Shown here in pieces: positions 53,496 through 64,000 of a stretch of DNA of 64,000 nt. The stretch is from Perkinsela sp. CCAP 1560/9 (Eukaryota; Protista; Euglenozoa: Kinetoplastea): positions 372,001-436,000 of the forward strand of contig CBFFSA010000006.1 in the NCBI GenBank assembly GCA_965644495.1, given 5' to 3'. Positions within the stretch are counted from its first letter, which is position 1. The number at the start of each line of letters is the position of its first letter. The notes under the pieces were generated by a model that worked only from the letters and a program-made list of their open reading frames with translations, made no database searches and was not told where the DNA came from. A program made the translations under genes and the position numbers.

Positions 53496-53689
53496 AATCC
53501 AGGCTAAAGTGGACGAGGGAGATACTAAAGGCACCTTTACAAAACCACCTCGAAACTGGAACGGTATCACCCGTTAAAGATCCTTTTGTCAGTTCAGAAT
53601 GCTCTACAAACCGGAAGATACCGTTTCAATTTCGAGACGGTTTTGCAAAGGTCCCTTTAGTATCTCCCTCGTACACTTTAGCCTGGATT
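53496..53689. mobile_element. Fold-back element / MITE, 194 bp with 73-bp arms
   Basis: aatccaggctaaagt...ggtatc (53496-53568) is inverted at 53617-53689, ungapped with several mismatches. Confidence 0.8.
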
Positions 53690-53786
53690 AAATAGCCATC
53701 GGAACATGCTCCCTAGGGCTCTTTACAACTTCCCACGCGAGGAAGTCGTCGTCGCCGAGTCAAAAAGGCAGAGGGCGGAGCTTTCT

Positions 53787-54460
53787 GAGAGCTCTCGCAG
53801 ATTTGTATGTCTTTGGCGTATTAGGAACGCTCGGCTTGAAAGATTTAATCCGATGAGAAAAAACATGTTTTTTTCCTTGTGAAAATATGGCAATTTTTCA
53901 TTTTTGCCCCATTTTACGCCCGAAAAGCGAGTTCGCTCAAGGAATTCTCATGGTGTTTCGAACGCCCGTTCTTATGCTTTGCCAGGGAAGATTAAAGTAC
54001 ACTAAAGATTACTTCTTGTGGCCGACTTCGAGAAAAAACAGTCTTATTCCCGGACTTATCAAAGTGTTTGGGTCCACTAGGGAACTGTGAAACTCTGGGT
54101 GGAACGATTCATGTTTTTTACGATAAACTTCAGACAAAAGATAAAGATAAGTTTGATAATAAGTTACAAAACTTCAGAAAACGTTGTAGAATCATCGTAG
54201 AAAAGAAGGGTGCATATTGTGGATGCAACATGGGTTTCAAAATAATTTTTCCTAAAAATATCTGAGATTTTTTATTATTTCTTTAAGTGACAATTTGCTT
54301 TTTTGGCCTATTCGGTATTTGGAGTTCTAATTTGATATGTCAAAAGCTACCAGTGCAAAGACATACAACTCTGCGAGAGCTCTCGAATGCGGTATTATTT
54401 TCCGAAATTGAAAAGTTTTTGCAAATTTTAGACCCCCCCAGATGGAAGTTTTCACCCCTG
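53787..54460. mobile_element. Left-truncated Tc1-family derivative (caggggtg TIR family)
   Basis: Right end ...gatggaagttttcacccctg|TA; carries a transposase C-terminal remnant (RCRIIVEKKG); inverted homolog of 56107-56636. Confidence 0.85.
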
Positions 54461-54477
54461 TATATATGTTTATATTT

Positions 54478-56100
54478 ATATGGCATAACCTCTTTTATAT
54501 ATGGCACTCCGAACACGCTTATTCCGACATCTCCGACCCACCCACCGTTTAAAGCCGTTCGAGGTGTCAGACAAGGAGATCCCCTCGGCCCAATGCTGTT
54601 TTCTATAGCTATTCAGGGGATTCTTGATGGTGTGAAAGCAGATTACAGTGACCTTAAGATATGGGCCTATCTGGACGATGTTACAATCGTGGGTAACCCG
54701 GAAAGAGTAATACAGGCGTACGAAAAATTTATGGCTGGGGCCTCGCAAATAGGTCTGGAAAACAACGAATCGAAGTGCAAGCTCTCGACTCACTGCGCGG
54801 AGCAATACCTTCTATTCAAAGGCAAGAAAATCCGGCAGGAAGACAAAGGTCAAAAGTTGCTTGGTGCATTTGTTTCAAATGAGAGAAAGGTAAAATCGGG
54901 TTGAGTACTTCAGCAGCTTCCGAAGCTACGCTCGTTCTTGGAACGCCTACAGCAACTTTCACTACAAAGCGCTTATACATTGTTGAAGCTATGTGGAATT
55001 CCAAAGTGGATCTATCTCCTGCGATGTCATGAGCCGGATGTTACGGCGGCTGCAAATAAGCTTGCCGATGAGGCTGTCGAGAGATGTGTTACTGAACTGC
55101 TGGGAGGCTTTGGAAACCTAGAGGGGAACCCGTTTCACAATTACCATATGACGGCGAACCTCCTGGGAGCACAGCCTTATTCCACGCAGGCTGAAACTCT
55201 CTACTCGAGGGCTAAAACCTTTTCGTATGGAAGATCCTATTTGGAGAAGCACCTCAGCAGGGGTCCGGAAGTAGAAAAAGAGAGCACTCCTACTAACCAA
55301 GTACATGCACTACAACTCATGGATAAGAGGACTGGCTACTGGATGGAAGCATGGAGAAATCGAGGCGAGTACTACCTACGAAACTCGGAATGGCAAACAG
55401 CGGCGCGGATGCGCTATATGATTGCCCCCGTTTCGAGCCCTATAGTGCAATACGTATGCGGGGAAACGTTAGCAAATGCACAGTTCGTTGTTCATCCACT
55501 AGGCTGTCACAAAGTCAAAGGGGCCACCGCTGCCACTCGTCACAAGATGGTGAAGGAGGTCTTCACTCGAATATTAAAGAAATATGGGTTCTGCCCTGAC
55601 TTACATGAGCCCCGATACTCTGACGGAAAGGGTCCGGACGTTTGTTTCGCGATGGGCAGTAAGCTATGCGTTGTAGACGTCACAATCTGCAATCCGCTGG
55701 CTCCCTCCTACGTGGAAGCGGAACTAAAAACTCCCGGAAAAACACTTGAAAGCACGGAGGCAAAAACAGGGAAAGTGCACGGGGACATGGCGGCGAGCCG
55801 AAATGTAAGCTTTTTCCCTTTGGCCTTCACGGTGTTCGGAGTCGCGGGGAAAGAGACAATGCTGTTTCTTAAAAGACTTGCCCGCACAACGTCAGACCGG
55901 TACGGTTTCGTGAGGCACGTGGTGATGGCGATAGGAATCGCCATTCAAAAGGGCAATTCCGCCATTCTTACGTCGGCTGTCCAGCATTGGAGGGCAGCCG
56001 GCATTAGGACTTAAATTTGAAAAGTATTTATATTACTTTTTAGAAGGTTTTCAAAAAATCTTCAAAACATATTAAGAAATTAATATCATTTTTTGTCTAA
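54478..56100 (+). mobile_element. 5'-truncated CRE-clade non-LTR retrotransposon (RT + restriction-like endonuclease)
   Basis: RT motifs GVRQGDPLGPMLF and AYLDD; REL motifs Zn-knuckle remnant, RH, EP..PD, VDVT, FFPLAFTVFG, A.QKGN; single in-frame TGA at 54902-04. Confidence 0.9.
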
Positions 56101-56106
56101 TATATA

Positions 56107-56636
56107 CAGGGGTGTCAACTTCCATCTGGGGGGGGTCTAAAATTTGTAAAACTTGGCCAATTTTGGAAAATAATAGCGCATTGGAGAGCTCTCGAAGAAT
56201 TGTATTTCTTTGCACTGGTAGCTTTTATCATATCAAATTAGAACTGCAAGTGTTTCACAGTTCCCTCGTGGACACGAAAATTTAGGTAAGTCCGGGAATA
56301 AGTCTGTGTTTTCTCGAAGTCTGCCACAAGAAGCATTCTGTTACATTCCTTAATCTTCCATGATGAAGCATAGGAACGTGCGGTCAAAACACCAGGGAAA
56401 TCCTTGAGAAAACTCGTTTTTGTGACATAAAATGGGTAAAAAATGAAAATTTGCCATATTTTCACGTGAAAAAAACAATACCTTTTTCTCGTCGGATTAA
56501 TTCTTTCAAATCGAGCATTCCGAATATGCCAAAAACATACAACTCTGCGAGAGCTCTCCAATGCGCTATTAATTTCCGAAATTGAAAAGTTTTTGCAAAT
56601 TTTAGACCCCCCCCCAGATGGAAGTTTTCACCCCTG
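56107..56636. mobile_element. MITE, 530 bp, caggggtg TIR family, TA TSD
   Basis: ~95-bp TIRs caggggtgtcaacttccatctgggg... related to the 36775 element; TA at 56105-06 and 56637-38. Confidence 0.92.
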
Positions 56637-56816
56637 TATATATAATATATTTTAATCTATTTTTAAGTTTTTGTTTCAAAATTTCAAAAATTGCTATGGT
56701 CACCCTGTTGAGGAGGGGGGGCAGGGGGTACCCATCGGAATTGTTGAAAAACTATCTTGTCACTCAATTTGATTCGTACATCTTTGTAAATATTTTTTTC
56801 AAAAACTCACCTGAAA

Positions 56817-56879
56817 CGATATCGGGCACGATATCGGGCATGAAATCGTGCCGCAAATCGGGCATGAAATCGGGCACGA
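56817..56879. repeat. 12-bp minisatellite (ga(a/t)atcgggca(c/t)) x5
   Basis: cgatatcgggca cgatatcgggca tgaaatcgtgcc gcaaatcgggca tgaaatcgggca. Confidence 0.75.
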
Positions 56880-57243
56880 CGAATTAAACTATGGTAGCAA
56901 GGGAGTAGTATCTCCCTCAATAAACGTGATGATATAAAAAGGATAATGTACAATCTATTAATTTAACTTCATTACAAGATGTTTAACTTGTACTACATAC
57001 TACGTATGTACAAATATACGTTGTATGGTTGTACGTACCGTAACAACTACAAATATACGTACATTGTATATTAAAATTATTTATTTATCCTTGTCTACAT
57101 TTTTTTCTGCTCGCCTTCTTCAGTCCATGAACCCTGCCAGGCCCCCTTTGAAAGGGACGCTTTCATGCTCTAAGCTTTCATAATAAAATGATCGTTGGTA
57201 CGAACTCTCGGATGAATTCCTTCAATCCTCAGCCTTGTGTAAT

Positions 57244-58500
57244 ATGGCGAATCACGTCGTACTCTGTCTTGTAACAGGTTTACCCGGTGCTGGAAAGTCA
57301 ACTTTTTGTCAACTAGTTCTGTTGAACCACAGGCGTTATTCAGAAGAATTCTTATCTGCCAATGCTGCACCTTTTACTGAAGTTACTAAAAATGAGAAAA
57401 GAGCAGTTCAGTCGAATCAAACTGCAGAATCTCTGAAACGATTATGTATTCAATCCGTCACAATTGTTTCCTTTGACGAACTACATCCTATTCAGAACTA
57501 CAGTACATACGACTTGCACGGAAAATTGGTTGTTAATGCCCAAAAATTACGTGACTGTAAAAGGGATTTCCGAAATACAATATTTCAATTGACTTCAGAT
57601 CGTTCCAATGGAAAGGCTATCTCCGATCCCAGTACTTCCATATTACCCTATACTACACATGTGAAACAACATCTTCATATGCATCTTATTCTGGTTGAAG
57701 ATATTTTACAGTATCCATCTCAAAGGCAGGCTTATCATCTGCTAATGCATCAAAAGAGCATGAAGAGAGTTGAACCGCAGAGCGTCTTTTCTCCTATCCT
57801 GGAAGGAACACTAATGATCGCACAAATTAGCCCTAAGGCCGACACAGTGGAGCAAGAAATAGAAATATGTTGGCGTAGAAATTTGAATCGATGTTCGCAT
57901 ACTTCAGTTCCTTCTGATGTATTCAAACGATTATCTATGACCATTACAGGGCCGAGAAAGCATTGGGAAAAGACAGCATGGATTAGTATACAAATAGGTG
58001 ACGCCGACCTTCAAGTGCCGGGTATATCATTCATTCCATTTTTGATGGATCCTTGTGATTTTCATAGGACTATTCGATTTTTTGTGATTTCTTTTTTTCG
58101 AGACGCAATGGAAGGCTCGACTCCGGATAAACCCGTGCAGTGCTCTGTACATTCGCATCAAAATGCTCCAAATATTATTTGTTCATGTCCTTATTTGTGC
58201 GAGAGAGCTTCTGAAAACGAAAAAACGAAACGTTTTTGCAGTCCTAATGAGAACTACCTTCGAAAATTGATCCACGAATTTGTAGATTTGGGAACAATGC
58301 CGATTTGCAATTCCTTATTCAATACAGCATCCATGACAAAAATCGAGCGCTCGCATATCGCGCAAAACGCAAAGAAAATGATGAAAAAAGAACTTTGTGC
58401 ACGTAAAGGTCTTGAAAATGGTGCGGACGTAATCGAACGTTTATTCACGGACATAGTAAAGAATTCCATACCCGACCAAATCAGAATAATACATCAATAA
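57244..58500 (+). CDS. PSTK: P-loop kinase, O-phosphoseryl-tRNA(Sec) kinase-like
   Basis: CLVTGLPGAGKSTF, IVSFDEL, ILVEDILQYPSQR..Y, C.RRN..R....VP..V..R, WEK. Confidence 0.7.
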   Translation: MANHVVLCLVTGLPGAGKSTFCQLVLLNHRRYSEEFLSANAAPFTEVTKNEKRAVQSNQTAESLKRLCIQSVTIVSFDELHPIQNYSTYDLHGKLVVNAQKLRDCKRDFRNTIFQLTSDRSNGKAISDPSTSILPYTTHVKQHLHMHLILVEDILQYPSQRQAYHLLMHQKSMKRVEPQSVFSPILEGTLMIAQISPKADTVEQEIEICWRRNLNRCSHTSVPSDVFKRLSMTITGPRKHWEKTAWISIQIGDADLQVPGISFIPFLMDPCDFHRTIRFFVISFFRDAMEGSTPDKPVQCSVHSHQNAPNIICSCPYLCERASENEKTKRFCSPNENYLRKLIHEFVDLGTMPICNSLFNTASMTKIERSHIAQNAKKMMKKELCARKGLENGADVIERLFTDIVKNSIPDQIRIIHQ

Positions 58501-58929
58501 AGTAGAAAAGATGATCATGCGTGTCGATCATATCTCAGAAACGCAGCGCACTTACTATAGTCCCTTCGGAACTTTTGACTTTCACTCGTCATTTTGCTAG
58601 CTTTTTCAATTTGCGTTCCCTACTAGATAGGAAGCACCGAAGATTCATCAAGTAAAATTCCCTTACTAGTACTCAATAAGGCGCTACAGAATTAGCCTGA
58701 ATTTGCCCAAATTTGATTTACTTGGTTTCAGCCCTCTAAATGTCCTGTGTTTCACTTTTGTGTTGCATCTGCATTATAATACGCTTCCATTAAGACATTT
58801 AGAGAAATGATTAATAGTTCATGAACGCACTTTCGTTTGAAATACCTCCATACAAAAATATTTGGTGCACTGTATTTCAAAAATATAAACCGTCTCTCTG
58901 TAACACTTTTATCCACCTCTTGATATCCA

Positions 58930-61302
58930 GTGGTTGGTCCCAGTGCTTCAGACGAATACGTACGCGCGTACGTAAGATTTAAGGGGGATTCAAGGGCTGC
59001 AGGCACGTCGGTCAATACCTTAGATTTGGGAATTAGTGCTGATAATACAGGGGACCTTACGGAACCTGGTAAATTTATCCGATTACATACTAAAGAGAAT
59101 AATGTTACTACGTTTACCTTTACAGATATTTTTGATCCTGCTCAGTCACAAGCTGAAGTGTACTCTTCTGTAGCGGAGCGCATAATCAAAGGCGTTTTTT
59201 CTGGCTATGATGGCTCGATAATCACGTATGGTCAGACTGGCAGTGGTAAAACTCACACAATGTTTGGATCATTAGAGTTTAATGAATTTGATGGTTCTAC
59301 TTTTTCCGGTTCACCGAAACTGCATAACGAGGCAGGTGTGGTACCCCGCGTTACAGCCGATCTTTTTAGTCATTTGAAGACTGAATGTCTTGATGCAGAG
59401 GTAACAATAATGATGCTAGAAATATACAACGAAAAGTTACGCAACTTACTTCCTTTTTCTGACCAAGGATCACAGAAAGCTACGTGCAAAGGTGGTTGGA
59501 GTGAAGTGTCAGTTCTCGGAGAGTTGGAGCTATTTTCTTGTACAACTGAGGAAGATAGATCTTCTGTCCGGATTAAAGGGGCGCAAAGGCACTTAGTAGG
59601 GACTAGTACGGCCGCCCTTTCGCATATAAAAGGAGCAATGAGGCGCCGCACAGTCGCTGCAACTTGTCTCAATGCACATAGTACACGCGGACATTGCGTT
59701 CTTCAATATGAAGTCACATGGAAGAAGCCCACAAACCAAGAACTTTCAAGTGCTCGATTGTATTTAGTTGATCTTGCGGGATCGGAGAATATCTCCAAGG
59801 CGAAATCTGACCTCCATGAAACGAAAAACATTAACCGATCATTGTATTGTCTTACCAAAGTCATCGCTGCGCTTAGTCCAAATACAGATAAGAGAAAGTC
59901 ATGTCAATATGTGCCCTTCAGGGAATCCAAGTTGACACGTCTATTACGAGGGAGCATTGGGGGGAACGCTAAAACAGCGCTTATCTTATGTGTCGACGCA
60001 TCTTCGATACACAGCGAGAGCGCCCTATCAACCCTTCGGTTTGGTGCTCAAGCTCAGCTAATCGCTGCACAACGAACGCAGCACAACGCTAAATATTGGA
60101 GGAGTACCAAGCCTGGCGCTATTCATAATCGTTCTCGAAGCTTCAATACCGTATTTCCCACTGTTCTAAGTATAGTACCAGCACAAAGATTACCGCGTTC
60201 TTCCACGGATATCCTGGAAATTGGACAGACCGAAGCTACATCACGTCCTTGCTTCATCGCTCCGGTTACTCCCGATTCACAGCGCTCTCATTTATTTTCC
60301 ACTATTGTTCATTCTGTTCTTTATGATCAGTCTAAATTGAACGCAACGAATAAATCCAAAATTATCAAAAATCCAACGTGGGCTTCGCTGATTTTGAAGG
60401 ACAGCGAGTTAAGGTATGGGATTCTTCACCAAATTTTGCGAATGTGTGACAAATCTACTTCTGGCGCAAGACTTTCACCCACTTTACACAAAATATTACC
60501 AGAGGCATGCCGTCTGAAACTTTGGCAAGATCAATTACTTGCCCTTCATGAACGCTTACTCAATGAACGTTCAACTAGAATACGTCACAACATGGATGCA
60601 GAATTCAATTTACAAAAGTATTCCCTTGAAAACAACCACGTCAACGAAGATAGGAAACATGTTCATTTTTCCCAATTCATAGTTCATAGAACGCGAAAGA
60701 CGAGTTTCCACGCGCTATCAGCCCTATTAAGTACAGTTTCGAAATGGTTCCCGAATCACCGCTTAAAAAGCGTGCCACGCAAGGCAATTCTTAGGAGTAC
60801 TCTTTTCAATGTGTTGCAGTGTTTTCATGGTCTTGAACATCGCTTTTCCACTATACAACGGGGGAGACAAATAGTAGCGGCTACAAAAGAGGAAAACTAT
60901 CCGCTATCTGAATTATGCTTACCAAAAATCCACATTCATAACCCACAGGAACGTTCCTCACTATCGCTTAAGGCACATGGGTCATTTAGTGCAGGAAAAC
61001 AAATCACCTCTCGAGATTCCACGGACGTTGACACATTAAAAAGTGATATGGCGAAATTGTTTACCTCATGGCGAAGTGAATTTGATGCCATTCGCGGCAG
61101 AAACAAAGTGAGCGACCTCAATGACCTTCGCAATGACAATAATTCGGAGGCGCCTATACCTTCTTTGTCTGACATAGTATCATTACGTCAAGTTTATACA
61201 ACGTCTCGATTTCTCATCCAAGAGGAAGCTATTATCCGTAATATTGTGAGTGATCAAGAGATTCTGCTTTTGCATCTCAGATCGTTGTTGGAAGAAATGT
61301 AA
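58930..61302 (+). CDS. Kinesin motor protein (no ATG before the motor domain)
   Basis: VRAYVRF, FTFTDIF, YGQTGSGKTHTM, LEIYNE, NAHSTRGH, LVDLAGSE, VPFRESKLTRLL. Confidence 0.9.
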   Translation: MVGPSASDEYVRAYVRFKGDSRAAGTSVNTLDLGISADNTGDLTEPGKFIRLHTKENNVTTFTFTDIFDPAQSQAEVYSSVAERIIKGVFSGYDGSIITYGQTGSGKTHTMFGSLEFNEFDGSTFSGSPKLHNEAGVVPRVTADLFSHLKTECLDAEVTIMMLEIYNEKLRNLLPFSDQGSQKATCKGGWSEVSVLGELELFSCTTEEDRSSVRIKGAQRHLVGTSTAALSHIKGAMRRRTVAATCLNAHSTRGHCVLQYEVTWKKPTNQELSSARLYLVDLAGSENISKAKSDLHETKNINRSLYCLTKVIAALSPNTDKRKSCQYVPFRESKLTRLLRGSIGGNAKTALILCVDASSIHSESALSTLRFGAQAQLIAAQRTQHNAKYWRSTKPGAIHNRSRSFNTVFPTVLSIVPAQRLPRSSTDILEIGQTEATSRPCFIAPVTPDSQRSHLFSTIVHSVLYDQSKLNATNKSKIIKNPTWASLILKDSELRYGILHQILRMCDKSTSGARLSPTLHKILPEACRLKLWQDQLLALHERLLNERSTRIRHNMDAEFNLQKYSLENNHVNEDRKHVHFSQFIVHRTRKTSFHALSALLSTVSKWFPNHRLKSVPRKAILRSTLFNVLQCFHGLEHRFSTIQRGRQIVAATKEENYPLSELCLPKIHIHNPQERSSLSLKAHGSFSAGKQITSRDSTDVDTLKSDMAKLFTSWRSEFDAIRGRNKVSDLNDLRNDNNSEAPIPSLSDIVSLRQVYTTSRFLIQEEAIIRNIVSDQEILLLHLRSLLEEM

Positions 61303-61808
61303 TCACGTTCTTTTGATCCGAAATAGAAAATAAGGATGTTTTACATAAGATTAATCTACGCATTCGAGTCACTATACATATCATTAAACATGCCTAGTCG
61401 CCACATTCGGTGGGAATAGTTTGCACCTTGCTGGAATATGCCGCATGCTTGTGTATGCGCTTTCTTGGTCTTGCCTTCTTCCTTTAAACATTCTACCTTT
61501 CTTTGCATACCTAGTACTTATTTTTTTATCTTCTGAAATTTATACAATCTACATACGAGTTTACATTGTAGAATACGTTTCTAGGCTACGGTAGGATTCT
61601 ACTACGTGATGTAATACGTGCCACTACTATTTATTTCCATTGCTATGCTACGTTACTACTCAGAAACAAAGGTTTTCTTACTTCCTCATTGCAGAAGCGC
61701 AATTTCACATTGGGCTTTTTGGGAGTCTCCGATCTCGAATTACCTTCAAGGATAGGTCTTCTACAAGCCTTATTGAATTTCATTCTAATAATACGATAAT
61801 ATTTCGAC

Positions 61809-63203
61809 ATGGATTTTTCCGAGCATGCGATTCCCTTCGTTGCCGAATATGTTGAAAATACACTTGTGCTGCTTTCATACCAATGCTGCGATGTCAGAAG
61901 TCTGGGTTGTATTGAACGTCAGTTGACTTCTCTCTACAAAATTTTTCTTGCACGCTATTCTGAGACACTTTCCATCCAGTATTCCGACATTTTTGAACGG
62001 TGGAACGCCACTACATTTTGTACAGTTCTTGCCGAGCATTCCTCCAAAACTTTAGAAGCTTTTAATACCTTGCAATTCAGTGAGCACGAATCCTCTCCTG
62101 CATCACTAATTTCAGAGAAGGAGGCTCATGTGGTACGTAGAAGAGGCATGGATGTCTTTATCGGATTCAAAAACGGTGATAGAATGCGCTTACAATCGAT
62201 TCGTGATGCTTTGGAGCTACCTTCAATATGTCCTGCAATTGTTGTCCAGCACATTCTTAACTACTTGAAGAGCATTCCCATCAGGTATTGCAGTACAACT
62301 CTTATTCTGCAAAACGTGCACGGAATATGCGAAACAATGAAAGAAGTGAAAGGAAAACTAGTTTATAACGAGAATGCACCTCACAAGCATGATAAAGTAC
62401 GAGAGAGGCGAATAGAAAAAATGTCTCACGAAAGCGTTTCTCGATCTCATAAAGATTCTTCAATCGAGTCTTCGGACAAAAAGGCCACTCTCTCAGTCCA
62501 AAACGATTCCATAGCTTCGAGAGTACGGGCTCGTAGAGAAGAACCTGCACAACAAAGTCTTCCAATGCTACGCTTTACGACGTCACCAACTTTAGAAAAA
62601 GAGTCCATGAAGGAGGACGAATTAATGCCGATTGTGTTAAGTTCTCAAAAAAGAAGGCAACGACCTCAACTAGACACCAAAAAGGAATTCGTGGAAACAC
62701 GACTAGTAAAGGGAGATTCTCACATGAAGCATAATAGTTCTGCCACTGAATGCAATTTCGATGATCCTTTCCCAACGGAGAACACTAAAAAATACATAGA
62801 TCATCATGCTGGTGAATATTCAGTGGTAGTTTCAAAGCGACCACCGCCCCCTCCTTTGAAAGACCCACGCCAAGAGATTAAGGGATATGCACTTCCCCCA
62901 GAAATCAAGAAAGCTCGTGAAAAATGTGCAAGTGTCTTCCACGAAAAGTTTGGGGACAACAAAAAAGCCGGAAGGCTTTGTGTGTTTTGTTTAAATTGTC
63001 ATATGTTGGAAAGTCTTTTTAATGGTGCAACAGCGGAATGCGAACTGCATTCCGAAGTTATTCCTTCAACGGAACGTGCATTAAGGTACCGCCTCACCTA
63101 TCACCCTAGGCTTTGCTCTGTGGCTGTGCGGAGATATCGTTCTTACTTACGAAACAATCGCATTTCAAAAATTCCAATTGATCACGTTCTTTGTCTACAT
63201 TAA
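61809..63203 (+). CDS. Hypothetical protein with C-terminal Cys/His cluster
   Basis: 464-aa ATG ORF; CVFCLNCH...CELH. Confidence 0.65.
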   Translation: MDFSEHAIPFVAEYVENTLVLLSYQCCDVRSLGCIERQLTSLYKIFLARYSETLSIQYSDIFERWNATTFCTVLAEHSSKTLEAFNTLQFSEHESSPASLISEKEAHVVRRRGMDVFIGFKNGDRMRLQSIRDALELPSICPAIVVQHILNYLKSIPIRYCSTTLILQNVHGICETMKEVKGKLVYNENAPHKHDKVRERRIEKMSHESVSRSHKDSSIESSDKKATLSVQNDSIASRVRARREEPAQQSLPMLRFTTSPTLEKESMKEDELMPIVLSSQKRRQRPQLDTKKEFVETRLVKGDSHMKHNSSATECNFDDPFPTENTKKYIDHHAGEYSVVVSKRPPPPPLKDPRQEIKGYALPPEIKKAREKCASVFHEKFGDNKKAGRLCVFCLNCHMLESLFNGATAECELHSEVIPSTERALRYRLTYHPRLCSVAVRRYRSYLRNNRISKIPIDHVLCLH

Positions 63204-63667
63204 GTTTTATGGATCTGTATTAAGGAGTAGAGTACCGCATTAGGAATAGTCCGATCTATATTATTATTAAAAAAAATCGAAATAGAATATCGGTACAGTA
63301 AATCTATTCGTATTTTAAGCGCCACGAAACATTTATGCGCTAGCGCTTTCTATTCTACGTTGAAAAAATGGGTCTTTAATTCTACGGTCTATATGATTGA
63401 TTTATCAAGCGACATGCTCACAAGGAGAACTATTGATTCCATTTCTGTTTAGCAATTTAGCATTGAAACCTCTTCGTGCTTATCTATTGACTCAGAAATG
63501 GTAATCAGAACTGCTCAAAGTAACAATGGACACCGCTCCAAAAATGATTTCAATTAAGCTTGCTAATTATTTCCCAATGAAGCTTACTAGTAAATATTTC
63601 GCAATGGGAAATTCTAGTAAGAAACAGATTGACGCTACAAGCTAGTAAGGGGTCTTGTTACACTCTA

Positions 63668-64000
63668 ATGCTCGAAGGCCTTTCGCTCGCGCAAAAGGGT
63701 ATTGCTGCTCGCTTGTGTTTTGGCTTAAACAAACAAGATTCCGATTTGTTGCGACGAATACTTCATAAAAGTCCTGCTATGATGTGCGTTACAAAGTCCC
63801 GTCCAGACGCAAAGAAATACAATGCGCTTCTGCAGCATTTATATGGGCTAGATTGGATAACATCATTAAAATTGTACAGCGAACTCTTTAACACGAATGG
63901 ATCTAAGGAACCATTAGTGCTGGAAGAGGGGGGAAAATCATATAAGGCTAATCCAGACAAAGCCACTTTCCGGGTGTTATTATCCACCCTAATTTATTCT
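63668..64000 (+). CDS. PPR protein, 5' part (runs off the window; not in the ORF track)
   Basis: Open frame MLEGLSLAQ...RPDAKKYNALLQHL...SLKLYSEL...NPDKATFRVLLSTL contains two PPR-like starts. Confidence 0.7.
   Translation, partial: MLEGLSLAQKGIAARLCFGLNKQDSDLLRRILHKSPAMMCVTKSRPDAKKYNALLQHLYGLDWITSLKLYSELFNTNGSKEPLVLEEGGKSYKANPDKATFRVLLSTLIYS

Noticed and set aside
1-64000. Alternative genetic code (stop reassignment as in Blastocrithidia)
   Set aside because: Conserved genes are uninterrupted and end at TAA (RPL23, QDPR), TAG (kish) and TGA (TAL, ATP synthase subunit); in-frame stops occur only in decayed TEs

Overview
This is a eukaryotic window from a kinetoplastid-type genome. About 35 intronless genes run head-to-tail on the + strand with no strand switch, and the standard genetic code is used. 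Lineage markers are the gRNA-binding protein GAP1/RESC2, an editosome KREPA-type Zn-finger/OB-fold protein, a trypanosome-type ATP synthase subunit i/j and single-hairpin AGA-box snoRNAs. The compact, divergent genes and the LRR gene suggest a Perkinsela-like prokinetoplastid (inference from memory, not verified). Housekeeping genes include IleRS (C-terminus only), Kish, RPL23, QDPR, DBP7, a Ubc6-like E2, WDR4-like, SWC6, PEX2, GPN2, transaldolase, COQ6, PSTK, a kinesin and three SET-domain proteins. The most notable non-genic content is: (1) a tandem cluster of two H/ACA-like AGA-box snoRNAs at 30.4-30.95 kb, one with a perfect guide for the LSU peptidyl-transferase-region U equivalent to yeast Psi2880; (2) many TA-targeting Tc1/mariner-type transposons and MITEs, including three-level nesting, although class II elements are generally reported absent from trypanosomatids; (3) a tRNA-derived SINE-like insertion with an 11-bp TSD; (4) CRE/SLACS-like RT-REL retroelement fragments, one preceded by a degenerate spliced-leader-like sequence. 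Most mobile DNA lies in a ~9.5 kb island (47.5-57 kb). All homology calls are by eye and from memory; no searches were run.
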